DNA of 64,000 nucleotides from the IMG/VR virus record IMGVR_UViG_3300008111_000001, one strand, 5' to 3'. Below are positions 20,865-30,605 of the stretch, piece by piece. The notes below the pieces were generated by a model, which was not told the origin of the DNA, did not search any database, and saw nothing but the letters and a program-made list of their open reading frames with translations. A program made the position numbers and the translations under genes. Position 1 is the stretch's first letter. Every line of letters starts with the position of its first letter. Source of the stretch: a virus.

Positions 20865-21133
20865 GTTTCATACTCTGCATCTGCATATTCTTTTTTGCCA
20901 AGTTGTGTAGCGAGATTTTCTGCGACTTCTTTCCATAAATTACGGTCAGCTCGCATGCTGTCAAACATTTCTTTTAGAGCATGAAAGTCATTTTCACAGT
21001 CTTGAATATCACTGATCAAAGAAGAGATTATTGCAGACTGATCTTCAGCTGGAATTATCGGGTTGATGTACTCTGGCTCATCAATTGGTTCACGGAACAT
21101 CAATTCTCCTTTATAGTGGACTATATTATTCAA
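20831..21133 (-). CDS. hypothetical coiled-coil protein
   Basis: 100 aa, ends overlap neighbours. Confidence 0.6.
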   Translation of the reverse strand: MNNIVHYKGELMFREPIDEPEYINPIIPAEDQSAIISSLISDIQDCENDFHALKEMFDSMRADRNLWKEVAENLATQLGKKEYADAEYETCKEVAQGVAW

Positions 21134-21441
21134 TCGTTATACCTACTGACTAGATTAATTATTTGATTGTGAAGATCTGCAACTTTATCAACTGTCGACA
21201 AATCGTTAGTATATCTAGTGTAAATTTTAAGAACTTCACGAGAGTAAGCTATGTCACCTTGTGAAACGAAAAGATCATTGTCATGTGAATTCAGCCAAAT
21301 ATGCAGAGCAGCAGCAAGAGCATTCATTATAATATTAGAGTCTTCTATTTGTATAAAATAGTTTTTATTATTTTCTTCCAAAATAGAAACCTTATGTGAG
21401 AGAGCATTAACCATGGCTGTTTTCATTGCGAGATGATCCAT
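21130..21441 (-). CDS. hypothetical protein
   Basis: 103 aa, AAGGAG RBS. Confidence 0.7.
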   Translation of the reverse strand: MDHLAMKTAMVNALSHKVSILEENNKNYFIQIEDSNIIMNALAAALHIWLNSHDNDLFVSQGDIAYSREVLKIYTRYTNDLSTVDKVADLHNQIINLVSRYND

Positions 21442-21543
21442 TAGTACTCCTTAGCGGTAGCGATCAGGCGAATAGTAACAGTAGATACTAGCAGAATAAT
21501 CGCTGAAATAAAAGCAAAGGAGTAAAACTTTTGGGCGCTATTT

Positions 21544-21816
21544 TCAGTCATCAGGAGTAACCTCCATTAAAAATCTAGTTTTCCAACGTTCTGTAGCCAT
21601 TTGTGTGGCCGGATGTTCATATTGAACTATAGGCCACTGGTCTGTATCAATTAAAGCAGTGATAGCTTCCTCTTGGCCACAATCGGAACAAATTTCAGTT
21701 TTATTATCTATACGAGATATGGCTCCTGGATATTCTCCAGCAAAAGCATTACTTGGAATAAACCCCAAACAACGAGGGCAAACAGGTTTAGTTAACATAT
21801 TTGAAAACCTCCACAA
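21544..21816 (-). CDS. Zn-ribbon hypothetical protein
   Basis: CPRC..YPGAISRIDNKTEICSDCG. Confidence 0.7.
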   Translation of the reverse strand: MWRFSNMLTKPVCPRCLGFIPSNAFAGEYPGAISRIDNKTEICSDCGQEEAITALIDTDQWPIVQYEHPATQMATERWKTRFLMEVTPDD

Positions 21817-22298
21817 TCAAATAAAAATTGTGAAAAATTAGATATATTATCTAAAGTAAGAAAGTAAGAAGATTCGAAATTAGGAGCTTGACCGGTACCT
21901 TTGCACTGATGACATTCGGGTTTCGGTGCTTTAGTTTCAGACTTGGGAAATGGTATTTCTCCCGCAAAATCATAAGATTCAAAAAGAGAAACGCCAGTAC
22001 AAAAACATGTTTGAGTAGGAAGATTATCTATATACTCTTGACGTTCATCTATATATTTTTGAGCAGCGCCTGAATCTATTGATTTACGTAAAGCAAAAGC
22101 AAGTTTGCGAGAATCAACAAAACCAAGACCATCACCATCATTACTATGAGCATTTTCGACTTTTCCGGCTACATCGGGAAGAACGTGAACACAGTACTCC
22201 CATAAAGGATGCCAATACCAAACGTTATTACGAAAATAAGCTCCGACTTCTGTTTTTGGCTTTTTGCCATAAACATCCATTCCCATAATTACCTCCAA
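21792..22298 (-). CDS. conserved phage hypothetical protein
   Basis: MGMDVYGK..YFRNNVWYWHPLW..C..C.GTG..F.QF...CGGF.IC; GGAGG RBS. Confidence 0.75.
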   Translation of the reverse strand: MEVIMGMDVYGKKPKTEVGAYFRNNVWYWHPLWEYCVHVLPDVAGKVENAHSNDGDGLGFVDSRKLAFALRKSIDSGAAQKYIDERQEYIDNLPTQTCFCTGVSLFESYDFAGEIPFPKSETKAPKPECHQCKGTGQAPNFESSYFLTLDNISNFSQFLFDCGGFQIC

Positions 22299-22305
22299 TG
22301 TTGTG

Positions 22306-22378
22306 CTCCGAGAGCAGGGCTCGAACCTGCGACCCGCTGATTAACAGTCAGCTGCTCTGCCAACTGAGCTATCTCGGA
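22306..22378 (-). tRNA. tRNA-Asn(GUU)
   Basis: TCCGAGA/TCTCGGA acceptor, GCTGA-CTGTTAA-TCAGC anticodon arm, GGTTCGAGCC T arm; CCA not encoded. Confidence 0.95.
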
Positions 22379-22384
22379 AAGATT

Positions 22385-22675
22385 TCACAATGCTTGATCG
22401 TATGCTTCAGCTAAACTATTGTATGGATTAACACAGTCATGAGCTACGATAAGTACGTCATGATTGTTTTGCTTAGGAGAGCATTCCATGCATTCGATAC
22501 GAGATATGTTTTGCTGCGGCACGGGGAGCATAAGGTATAGTGAGCATTCGTAGACTGGATAATCATCTGGCAAGTTAAACTTGTCAACCATATTAATCCA
22601 GGCGCGAATATCGCCTAGTCTTATGTCTTTGCCGTTAGAGGGACTAACGGCAATGTCGATATTAATTTCTGTCAT
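22385..22675 (-). CDS. hypothetical protein
   Basis: 96 aa, GAGGA RBS. Confidence 0.65.
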   Translation of the reverse strand: MTEINIDIAVSPSNGKDIRLGDIRAWINMVDKFNLPDDYPVYECSLYLMLPVPQQNISRIECMECSPKQNNHDVLIVAHDCVNPYNSLAEAYDQAL

Positions 22676-22865
22676 TAGTCCTCAATAATATTAGAATAAG
22701 TTTATGAAAAAGAAATTTTTTTACGAGTAAGATAAATCATAATTATGGAAGCAAGAGTTTCCATAAGCTTAAGTAGAGATTGAAACTCTTTAATACTTTT
22801 CATCAATCTGGTTAAAAATAATTTAAATTTTGACGAAAAGTTTTTAAACATTTTATCCTTTGTGA

Positions 22866-23246
22866 CTATTCAATTCTCTGCATGGTTTTAACACTAACAG
22901 TATTAGGTGTGCAACGATGAGTAGGGACAGCATTTAAAGGTAAATACATTACAAGAGTAGCATTGCATCCTGGACATTGCCATTTAGAACCCTTCTTAGT
23001 GGATTCGCGGAGATCCAAATAATCAGAAGATCTAGGATGAAGCTGACGATGAACTTTAGAAACAGATAAATCGGAAATTTCCGAATTAAGTACCTTGGGT
23101 TCAGATTGTTGAACTTGAGGTTCAGATATTTTTATAGATGTACTCTCTAAAGAAGAGCATTTAGGGCATAGCAGTGGTTTTCTTCCACGGAGTTTTGTTC
23201 TTTTCCAAGTGGAAGAGCAAGAAGTGCAAGTAAGTTCTTCCTCCAT
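22866..23246 (-). CDS. Zn-finger hypothetical protein
   Basis: CTSC..CPKC..CPGC..HRC. Confidence 0.65.
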   Translation of the reverse strand: MEEELTCTSCSSTWKRTKLRGRKPLLCPKCSSLESTSIKISEPQVQQSEPKVLNSEISDLSVSKVHRQLHPRSSDYLDLRESTKKGSKWQCPGCNATLVMYLPLNAVPTHRCTPNTVSVKTMQRIE

Positions 23247-23259
23247 AAGAATCCTTTAA

Positions 23260-23643
23260 CTAACGAGAAAACGATATCTTTTCCTTTGATATTACCATGG
23301 CCTTGGGTATGTTTATGACCATGCAAAAATAATCATCTTCAGTAATAGTAGAAGCTATTGTGTAATAATTAGATTTTCCATTATCAGAAATAAGGTATCC
23401 AATCGTATGGCAGAGATAATCTTCTCTTTCTATGGAGGAACTATCGTGCCACTCATCAGTTTCAGAAAAAGCGTCTCTCCAAATAATATAATATACAGGA
23501 GCATTTTTTACTAGTGGTTTTGTATTGTCTTTTTTAGTAAAAGATTTTATCTTTTTTTCTTTTACCTGTTCAATTTCTTTTACCTGTTCAAGAGGAATGG
23601 CTTCATTCGCAGGAGACTGCGATATTTCAACTCTCTTTGACAT
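23260..23643 (-). CDS. hypothetical protein
   Basis: 127 aa, IIWRDA..W..C.TIGYL pattern seen in phage proteins; AGGAG RBS. Confidence 0.7.
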   Translation of the reverse strand: MSKRVEISQSPANEAIPLEQVKEIEQVKEKKIKSFTKKDNTKPLVKNAPVYYIIWRDAFSETDEWHDSSSIEREDYLCHTIGYLISDNGKSNYYTIASTITEDDYFCMVINIPKAMVISKEKISFSR

Positions 23644-23678
23644 ATTAATCTCCTAGGCTAATATAGCTACAGGAATAC

Positions 23679-23710
23679 ATTATAGCATCAAGTTAGTAGG
23701 TTTTTGTCAA
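23679..23710 (-). promoter_or_regulatory. host-type promoter (TTGACA ... TGCTATAAT)
   Basis: extended -10 TGnTATAAT plus TTGACA; the 20-nt spacer is longer than canonical. Confidence 0.45.
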
Positions 23711-23816
23711 AGATTCATAATTTATATAATGAGTTGTGCCAAAAACAGACACTGCTATATCGTGAATTTGATCAGAATCACTAAAGTTTAAAGAGGGAAG
23801 ATGAGGGTGATGATAT

Positions 23817-24101
23817 TTAGATTTGTTCTTGTTTTTTCGCTTCTTGCTCAATGTTCACCGGCCCATGATTCTCAGATGCAAAAGATAGTCTTTCGCAAGA
23901 ATAAATATCTCTTATAGATATATTGAAATAATTACCCATGGACTGAGAAGTAATAAGAGAGTTATAAACGTTTTGAGGAACTCTGTGATAAGCCCAAACA
24001 GAACCGCTCTTGAACTCTATGACTAATGTCATAGCAACAGAGCTCCAGCCAACTGATTTTATAAAAGAACTATCTTTAGTTTGATGAGTATAAATAGTCA
24101 C
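23817..24101 (-). CDS. KTSC domain protein
   Basis: SSFIKSVGW..TLVIEFKSGSVWAY..VP..VY..L..S.S.G.YFN..IR. Confidence 0.85.
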   Translation of the reverse strand: MTIYTHQTKDSSFIKSVGWSSVAMTLVIEFKSGSVWAYHRVPQNVYNSLITSQSMGNYFNISIRDIYSCERLSFASENHGPVNIEQEAKKQEQI

Positions 24102-24109
24102 TTAAAATC

Positions 24110-24577
24110 CTATGGGTAATTGTGCAAAGTTTTAGTTGTGTGATCAACATATAAAACTCTTTGATATATTTCAAACGGAGAAACGTATTCGCCATTAATT
24201 ACTTTGACATCCTGACGAACTTGATAAGCTAAACCATTAGACCAAGAAAAACCTTCAACAACATAACCTTCCTTTTTTCTAACAGCGTAGTAGGGAGAAG
24301 GTGAACCATCTTCCAACATTATATAACGAAAAGTAAAAAGGGGTATTGGTGAAAGTAAATATTGACCAGATTTGTCTTGAACTTTGCCAAAAAATAAACA
24401 AAATTCAGAAGACATTTTATCAAGTTCATCAAAAGTATATATATCTGGAGCACTATATCTGTAGTACAAATAATTGTTTAGATAATTGTGCTGAAGATAA
24501 ACGTACGAATCCTCTTCATCTATATCAGATTCAACAAGATGCACGGTATGCAATGTTCTAATGAGAGGATCTGTCAT
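24110..24577 (-). CDS. hypothetical protein
   Basis: 155 aa ORF, operonic. Confidence 0.65.
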   Translation of the reverse strand: MTDPLIRTLHTVHLVESDIDEEDSYVYLQHNYLNNYLYYRYSAPDIYTFDELDKMSSEFCLFFGKVQDKSGQYLLSPIPLFTFRYIMLEDGSPSPYYAVRKKEGYVVEGFSWSNGLAYQVRQDVKVINGEYVSPFEIYQRVLYVDHTTKTLHNYP

Positions 24578-24581
24578 AGTT

Positions 24582-24953
24582 TTACTCTGATGAAATAATA
24601 AGTTTTACATATAAAGTTTTACGTTCGATGGCTGTAAGAAATTTTATAGCGTTATTTCGCCACTGATTCTCTTCAATGATATACTCTTCAATTTGATCTT
24701 GGGAAGCATAGTTGTCACGCATATTTTTAACTTCAGCTTTAGTATTTGCTTTGAACTGAGTAAGCTGAAGTTCTAGTTCTCTACGAAGGTTACGGAGACA
24801 AAAAAGCCAAAGATCAAGATTATTAAGAAGTATAGTTTTTTCTTCAGAGGTACAAGGTTTATTTTTTACGTCACGCAAAACTATTTCTTGAAAAGATTTA
24901 AGTTCAGTATCTGTTAGATCAGATACTTGAGATGTACTCCATATGTCGGTCAT
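24582..24953 (-). CDS. hypothetical helical protein
   Basis: 123 aa ORF, operonic. Confidence 0.7.
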   Translation of the reverse strand: MTDIWSTSQVSDLTDTELKSFQEIVLRDVKNKPCTSEEKTILLNNLDLWLFCLRNLRRELELQLTQFKANTKAEVKNMRDNYASQDQIEEYIIEENQWRNNAIKFLTAIERKTLYVKLIISSE

Positions 24954-24961
24954 AGCTTACC

Positions 24962-25696
24962 TTACCGCTTATGTATAAAATCATAAGCTTGTTTTATGTC
25001 AATAGAAAAGTGTTCCGGTGTATTTCCACCAGACTTTAGTATATACATTGGAGAATATGTAACAAGTATTGGCCAGTATCCTAGCCACATAATATTTCCT
25101 CTTGACTCTTTAATTTTTATTTGAGAGCCAAAAAGAACAGAAGCTGGCGTAGAGCCGAGACATAAGATCAACTTAGGATTTAACAATTGAAGCTCTAAAT
25201 GAAGATATGGAGAACAGTTAATTATTTCTTGTTCTTCATACTTTCTTCTTACTGGGCATCTATTTACGTAAGTTAAGCAAAGTTGATCTGAAGAAAATCC
25301 AGACTCTTTAAAAGCGTTAACCATTAACGTTATCGCCTCAGGAGATATAGAAGGTGAGTCAACAACTATAGCAACATCTGGATTTTCAACATTCCATTTT
25401 GGCAGCTCAGGGACAGTATCAATCTTGCATTTTCTACAATTTTTAGTGACAGTATGTAAGTCTTTAATATTTGTAGAAATTTTTCTAGACAAAATATCTA
25501 CACGAATATCATGAAATAATTGAGTTATTTCAGATATACTCATTCTATTCTCTAAACGAGAATATATTGTAGATAATATGTCTGTTTCGGCAAGTCCTAG
25601 ATATGCCTCTGAGCTACCAAATGGATGCTGATTCGGCTTTTGGGCTAACGCACTTTCGATAAGCTTTTGAAGATCTAGCTCATCGAAATCTTCCAT
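24962..25696 (-). CDS. family-4 uracil-DNA-glycosylase-like protein (catalytic motifs degenerate)
   Basis: CRKC..RCP..NCSPYL..EL.LLNPKLIL.LG (4Fe-4S Cys set); GE(A/G)PG replaced by VDSPS and HP by SP. Confidence 0.75.
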   Translation of the reverse strand: MEDFDELDLQKLIESALAQKPNQHPFGSSEAYLGLAETDILSTIYSRLENRMSISEITQLFHDIRVDILSRKISTNIKDLHTVTKNCRKCKIDTVPELPKWNVENPDVAIVVDSPSISPEAITLMVNAFKESGFSSDQLCLTYVNRCPVRRKYEEQEIINCSPYLHLELQLLNPKLILCLGSTPASVLFGSQIKIKESRGNIMWLGYWPILVTYSPMYILKSGGNTPEHFSIDIKQAYDFIHKR

Positions 25697-26121
25697 CAGA
25701 AGCTCGAAGGAATAGAAGCGCTAGACTGAGGAGCGGAAGCCTTCGGTGTAGAATCGGAAGAAGTCTTAGCAGATCTACCAGAGTAGGTGAGATGCTCAGC
25801 AACTATCACGATTCTGGAACGAGCTTGATCGTCCTGCTTCCAACGCTCTTGAACAAGTCTGCCTACAATAGAAATTGTAGAACCCTTCTTGAGCTTGGAC
25901 TGATCAAGCTGAGTGCCAACAAAAGAGGCATTCTTGCTAACAAATCCAGAATTATCCTTCAAGTAGTAAACTACATCAAAGTAACCGGAATTGTTATCGG
26001 TATCTTTATCTGAACCGGAGTAATCGACGCCTATTCTGATCTTGAGTATTTTTCCGTTAACGAGTTCTGGATCTGCGACCAGACCTCCTGTAATATTAAT
26101 TAAGTTGTTGGGGTCTATCAT
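25696..26121 (-). CDS. ssb: single-stranded DNA-binding protein
   Basis: N.I.ITGGLVADPEL..KKGSTISIVGRLVQERW..RSRIVIVAE OB fold; short tail ending in F. Confidence 0.85.
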   Translation of the reverse strand: MIDPNNLINITGGLVADPELVNGKILKIRIGVDYSGSDKDTDNNSGYFDVVYYLKDNSGFVSKNASFVGTQLDQSKLKKGSTISIVGRLVQERWKQDDQARSRIVIVAEHLTYSGRSAKTSSDSTPKASAPQSSASIPSSF

Positions 26122-26354
26122 GGTTTCTCCTGTTCATTGGTTTGTATTGCTTTCTCAAAGTGATCGACAATCTGTTTGAGATAATTAACTGATATTGCTA
26201 CAGCTTTTTCTGGACCATGTTCCATTATATTATGATTGATCATGGAAACAAATAAATTGTAAATACCAGATTTAAGATCCATAATTATATCAGTAGGAAC
26301 ATAGTCAGACTGTTCGTCTATCAGAGAATATTTTTGATCTTCGTTTTGCTCCAT
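26118..26354 (-). CDS. hypothetical protein
   Basis: 78 aa ORF, operonic. Confidence 0.6.
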   Translation of the reverse strand: MEQNEDQKYSLIDEQSDYVPTDIIMDLKSGIYNLFVSMINHNIMEHGPEKAVAISVNYLKQIVDHFEKAIQTNEQEKP

Positions 26355-26695
26355 TATTTAACTCTTTTCGAAAGGGCATTGTCAATCATTTGGCCTAAAG
26401 CTTTTATATCATTATAGCCTTTATCATAAAGTATGGATATGATAGGCTTAGGATCAACATGATTATAGGTTATTAGCTGAAGATTGAATATATCGTTAAG
26501 AGTATAAATTCTATAATTGTTTAAATCTCTACGAGGAGGAGGATACTTTTTATTTTTCTCTCTGTTAGAAACGGTAAGAGTTGTAACATTGAGAATTTGA
26601 GCAACCTCAGATCTTGTAAAGATTGGTTCTGAAGTGTTTATTTTAGTCAAGTTTTTTCTACCTTTATTTATGTTTATATAAATATATAGTAGCAA
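26354..26695 (-). CDS. MerR-type HTH DNA-binding protein
   Basis: FTRSEVAQILNVTTLTVSNRE..YPPPRRDLNNYRIYT. Confidence 0.8.
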   Translation of the reverse strand: MLLYIYININKGRKNLTKINTSEPIFTRSEVAQILNVTTLTVSNREKNKKYPPPRRDLNNYRIYTLNDIFNLQLITYNHVDPKPIISILYDKGYNDIKALGQMIDNALSKRVK

Positions 26696-26715
26696 AAAAT
26701 AGGAAATAATTCAAG

Positions 26716-27855
26716 TCAAATGAGAGAAGAAAGATTCAGAAAAACATCAGACACAGCTTTATCAAAAGATATAGAAACGTCAAAATTTGTATGAGAATTA
26801 TCTATAAATCTTTGGACAGCCTCACTAAAAGTCAAGGGAGGAGACTGAAGTTTTCGAAGATATTTATAGTATTTTGTTTCACTATAATTGTATAAATTGC
26901 CAGTTTCTTCTTGTTCCTGGGAAGAAACACGAACGTCATCTGGATCAATACCATAATAATCAAAATAATCCAAAAGCTTTTCTGTGCCTATGAGCTGTAT
27001 TTCGGAATGAACTCTTTCAGAAATACAAGGATTAGGCCAAGGAATAGAAGAGATATCATTTATAGATATCTTCTCCCAGTTTGAGAAAGCATTCTGTATA
27101 TAAGAAAAGTCAATGTAAAAAGTTAGAGGATTTATAGGACCAGGAAGATCATAAAAAGGATTAGTGGAAAAATTAGGATTTTTATGGATCTGGAACAAAC
27201 ATTCAGGAATATTCATTGTTAAATCAAGATTGGAACCAGAATTCCAAATCCAATTATACGCAGCGTTGATTATTCCCGAAACATTGTTCTCATATCGTGT
27301 AATCTCATCCATGCTGTCAAACATGGGATTACACAGAGTAGCATTATTATAGAAGTTAAGAAGTGGTGGCAAATACACTTGAGCGGAAGAAAAATCTACA
27401 CCTTGAAGTGAATGCGACATAAAATACATGGTTATCTGATTAGGATAATGAACATCATTATATACAGAATAAGAAACTAGATAAACAGTCCAAGGCATTG
27501 GAAGTCTGTATATGTAGTTTTTAGAATTATCATAATCTATATTGTCAACCACAGCTGGTATTACTTGAATATTATGATAAGTAGGAGGACGTTCAAAAAT
27601 TACAAGTTTATTATCAACATGAATTAGTCCGGGAGGAACAATTCCAGTATCAGAGTGAATAGTGCCTTTGGTAAAAGCAGTTTGAAGATGTTTAATAATA
27701 GGATTAATTAAATCTTTTGAAATTGTCGTTTCAGAACCATTAACGTTTAAGCCATTTCTAGAATCTAAAATAGATATTACATCTTCGTAATGAGGATGTT
27801 TTATGTTTGAATAGTTATGAGATGATGAAATATAATTAAAGTTTGACATATTCAT
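26716..27855 (-). CDS. prokaryotic E2-like (Prok-E2_D/PRTRC-B-like) protein, paralogue 3
   Basis: IFERPP..LPMPWTVY..MYF..YLPPLLNFYNNATLC: N-x7-C spacing as in UBC HPN-x7-C. Confidence 0.6.
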   Translation of the reverse strand: MNMSNFNYISSSHNYSNIKHPHYEDVISILDSRNGLNVNGSETTISKDLINPIIKHLQTAFTKGTIHSDTGIVPPGLIHVDNKLVIFERPPTYHNIQVIPAVVDNIDYDNSKNYIYRLPMPWTVYLVSYSVYNDVHYPNQITMYFMSHSLQGVDFSSAQVYLPPLLNFYNNATLCNPMFDSMDEITRYENNVSGIINAAYNWIWNSGSNLDLTMNIPECLFQIHKNPNFSTNPFYDLPGPINPLTFYIDFSYIQNAFSNWEKISINDISSIPWPNPCISERVHSEIQLIGTEKLLDYFDYYGIDPDDVRVSSQEQEETGNLYNYSETKYYKYLRKLQSPPLTFSEAVQRFIDNSHTNFDVSISFDKAVSDVFLNLSSLI

Positions 27856-29419
27856 CCTGAGAAATTATTTGATAAGAGGAAGTGGATGAAAGTGGGAGAA
27901 AATAATTATTATCTGTATAAGCTTTCAACATTTCCAAATACATTTGATGAGGGGTCATTTCAGAGGTAGCAAAATATATAGCGCTATCGGGGTAGTTATA
28001 AATGATAGTGGGATAATTTTGAGAATTTAAAACAGCTTCGTTTATGTCTAAGCCTTTAGAGTATCTTAAAAGATTTCTAAAGTGAGTCATAGGATTGCTA
28101 TGAGCAGGAGAATTAGCAAAAATAATATTTTTACTAAAAGAAGTATATTCGGAGAAAATCATATTATCAGCACAAGATTTGTTAATAATTCCACGAATAT
28201 AATTAGAGTTTAAAGTGTAAGAAGAAGAGAGTTGTTTGGTAGAAATTTGCTTAAATGTATAAGTATAAGCGGAGAGATGATTGAAATCATTAATAAAGTA
28301 TATTGAATTTTTAGCTTTGGCGGATAAATCTTTAGCAATGATATCATATTCCTCTTGACAAGCTAGAACTTCAGTAAGAGAAAATGTAGAAATGATAGAT
28401 AAGAAAGCGTAATGAAAATATTCGTGACCAAGATAACTAAAGAATTTTTTAGCACCGTAGTTTTTGTATACATTATAGATTTTAGTAATTTTATTTAATC
28501 CGGACTTTTCAATTGTTTCAGAGTCAGGAAAAAACAACTTATGCAAATGAGGAATAGTTGAAAATATTTCTGAAGATTTTTCTTTATTTAGCAAAGAACA
28601 AAGAATTGAACTATAGAGATGTGACCAAGGATTCATAAGATCTGAATTCCAAGATCCAGCAAAGAACTCGTTGATCATATAAGAATACATAGAAGCAGGA
28701 GTTAGATTGCTTTGATCTAAGGGGAGATCATTTAAGCTATTTGAATAACATATTCTTCCATCTTGATAGGTATTGGGAAGAAAAGTCGGATAATAGTTAT
28801 CTGACATTGAAGTCAAAGACTTGTGAGAAAAATACATGTAAGAACTTGAACCAGGATAAAGTGGATTAAAAGAGTAAATAGTCCAAGGTATCCATATTGT
28901 TATAGGTGGAAGCTTTTTCCTGTAGCTACTTGCACCAGATGGTTTATAGTCTACAGTGGCTTGAAAAGGTGGACGCTCAACAAAAATAGTTCCATCAGAA
29001 GAAACATATCTAGTAGCAATAGGATAAGAAGAAGTAGGACAAACAGACTGTAAAGATTTAGAATAGTTTTCAGAAAATTTTTCCATAGATATTGAAGCAG
29101 AAAGAACAGCTTTTGCCTCAATAAAATGAGGAGTGGAATAACAGTAGCCTGAAACAGAATCTATATTTAGTTGTTCAGGAACACTAGAAAAGATTTTGTC
29201 TACGGCATCGAAGTCATAAGGACCGGAATTGTATGAAAAAAAATCTTTTGGAGTGTAACGATTATCCCATTTGGCAACAGAAGATGCGGAAGAAAAAGCG
29301 TAACGAGAAAGTATAGAACTTTCTCCAAATCCATCGGAGTACTCTATCTGATAAGATGAAAGAGAGTCTGAATTAATAATGCTGTGATCGACATGGGAGT
29401 ATTGAGAATCTAAATACAT
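27836..29419 (-). CDS. prokaryotic E2-like (Prok-E2_D/PRTRC-B-like) protein, paralogue 2
   Basis: FVERPP..IWIPWTIY..MYF..YYPTFLPNTYQDGRIC, matching the PN-x7-C / NxYxDGxIC E2 motif. Confidence 0.7.
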   Translation of the reverse strand: MYLDSQYSHVDHSIINSDSLSSYQIEYSDGFGESSILSRYAFSSASSVAKWDNRYTPKDFFSYNSGPYDFDAVDKIFSSVPEQLNIDSVSGYCYSTPHFIEAKAVLSASISMEKFSENYSKSLQSVCPTSSYPIATRYVSSDGTIFVERPPFQATVDYKPSGASSYRKKLPPITIWIPWTIYSFNPLYPGSSSYMYFSHKSLTSMSDNYYPTFLPNTYQDGRICYSNSLNDLPLDQSNLTPASMYSYMINEFFAGSWNSDLMNPWSHLYSSILCSLLNKEKSSEIFSTIPHLHKLFFPDSETIEKSGLNKITKIYNVYKNYGAKKFFSYLGHEYFHYAFLSIISTFSLTEVLACQEEYDIIAKDLSAKAKNSIYFINDFNHLSAYTYTFKQISTKQLSSSYTLNSNYIRGIINKSCADNMIFSEYTSFSKNIIFANSPAHSNPMTHFRNLLRYSKGLDINEAVLNSQNYPTIIYNYPDSAIYFATSEMTPHQMYLEMLKAYTDNNYFLPLSSTSSYQIISQDEYVKL

Positions 29420-29420
29420 T

Positions 29421-30605
29421 TTAACCTACTAAGAGAGAGTTAATATAGCTTTCTTTTTCCAAATCTTTTGTTGAATCAGAAATGTTACTCTTTTCATTTT
29501 CTGAAACAGTATGAAAGTTAGAAAGATACGGATTGATATACTCATGATATACAGTGGTAGCTTCGGTAAGACACTGGTCATAAGAGTACGAATAAGGATA
29601 GACTAAGACATTAACATCTTCATTAATGGTATTATTTGTTATAGCAAACATGTGCTTGCCTGAACAGGTTAACGAATATGTCAAAGAAAAATCTATTTCA
29701 GAAGAAGAATGATCTGAAGAAATTTTATTAGATAAAAGTTCAGTTTTTAGAGGAGAGTAAGAAGGGCAGGATGAAAGAGAATTAAAGTTAAAACATTGAG
29801 AAGAAGATTGAGATAGAACAGGATGAGAACATGAATGCATGCCGCTAACAACATTAGCGTATTTGTAATGAGAAGAAATTACAACAGGTACGGAATTGTC
29901 AATAGATTGATGAGTGTAATATTCACAGATAGGAAGATCTTTAGGAGTGGGATTATAATTAAAGAACTTCTCTAGAGGAAAAGACCAAGCTATTGAGTCA
30001 GGATTTGTGGGAGACTTGCAGGTGACAGCATAAGATAATTTAACTGAAGTGTATCCTATTGGAAGGGTGGGATTAATAAAATCACCTGCATTTAAATAAC
30101 TACGATACAATTTACTTAAAGTAGGTAGAGCGTGGTTGATGTGAACGTAAGACATGTTACAGAAGAGCTCACCTGAATTGACATAATCTATAACGATAAC
30201 ATTTGGAGGCAAAGAAGGATCGTGATTAATAAAAAGATTAAGATCAAGAGGTGTGCCTTCGGGAGAAACAAAAGGCTGTATTGTTGTTTTGTATACATTG
30301 GAGGAAACAGGAACAACTGGATATTCAGACATGGTAATATTTGCCTTTTGAGGATAAGTATATTCGGGTAAAGAAAATAGTTTTTCAGGTTCTGAAAGCT
30401 GTTGTATGTCAACGTTAACAGATTCAAAAACAAAAGGATTAGAAGTTAAAATCTTCTTTAACTCATCAATACTGTTTTGGGTAACAGATTTTTTTATGTA
30501 AGAAGAAATAAGTTTATTATATTTTTCGAGGCTTTCTGATGTGAAGCCTTCTGAAGGATAATTTTCGGAAACAGGATGATCTTCAGACATAAATATCAGT
30601 ACCAA
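29421..30605 (-). CDS. hypothetical protein, possibly a degenerate E2-like paralogue
   Basis: 394 aa; YANVVSGMHSC has N-x7-C spacing but little other recognisable similarity. Confidence 0.55.
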   Translation of the reverse strand: MVLIFMSEDHPVSENYPSEGFTSESLEKYNKLISSYIKKSVTQNSIDELKKILTSNPFVFESVNVDIQQLSEPEKLFSLPEYTYPQKANITMSEYPVVPVSSNVYKTTIQPFVSPEGTPLDLNLFINHDPSLPPNVIVIDYVNSGELFCNMSYVHINHALPTLSKLYRSYLNAGDFINPTLPIGYTSVKLSYAVTCKSPTNPDSIAWSFPLEKFFNYNPTPKDLPICEYYTHQSIDNSVPVVISSHYKYANVVSGMHSCSHPVLSQSSSQCFNFNSLSSCPSYSPLKTELLSNKISSDHSSSEIDFSLTYSLTCSGKHMFAITNNTINEDVNVLVYPYSYSYDQCLTEATTVYHEYINPYLSNFHTVSENEKSNISDSTKDLEKESYINSLLVG

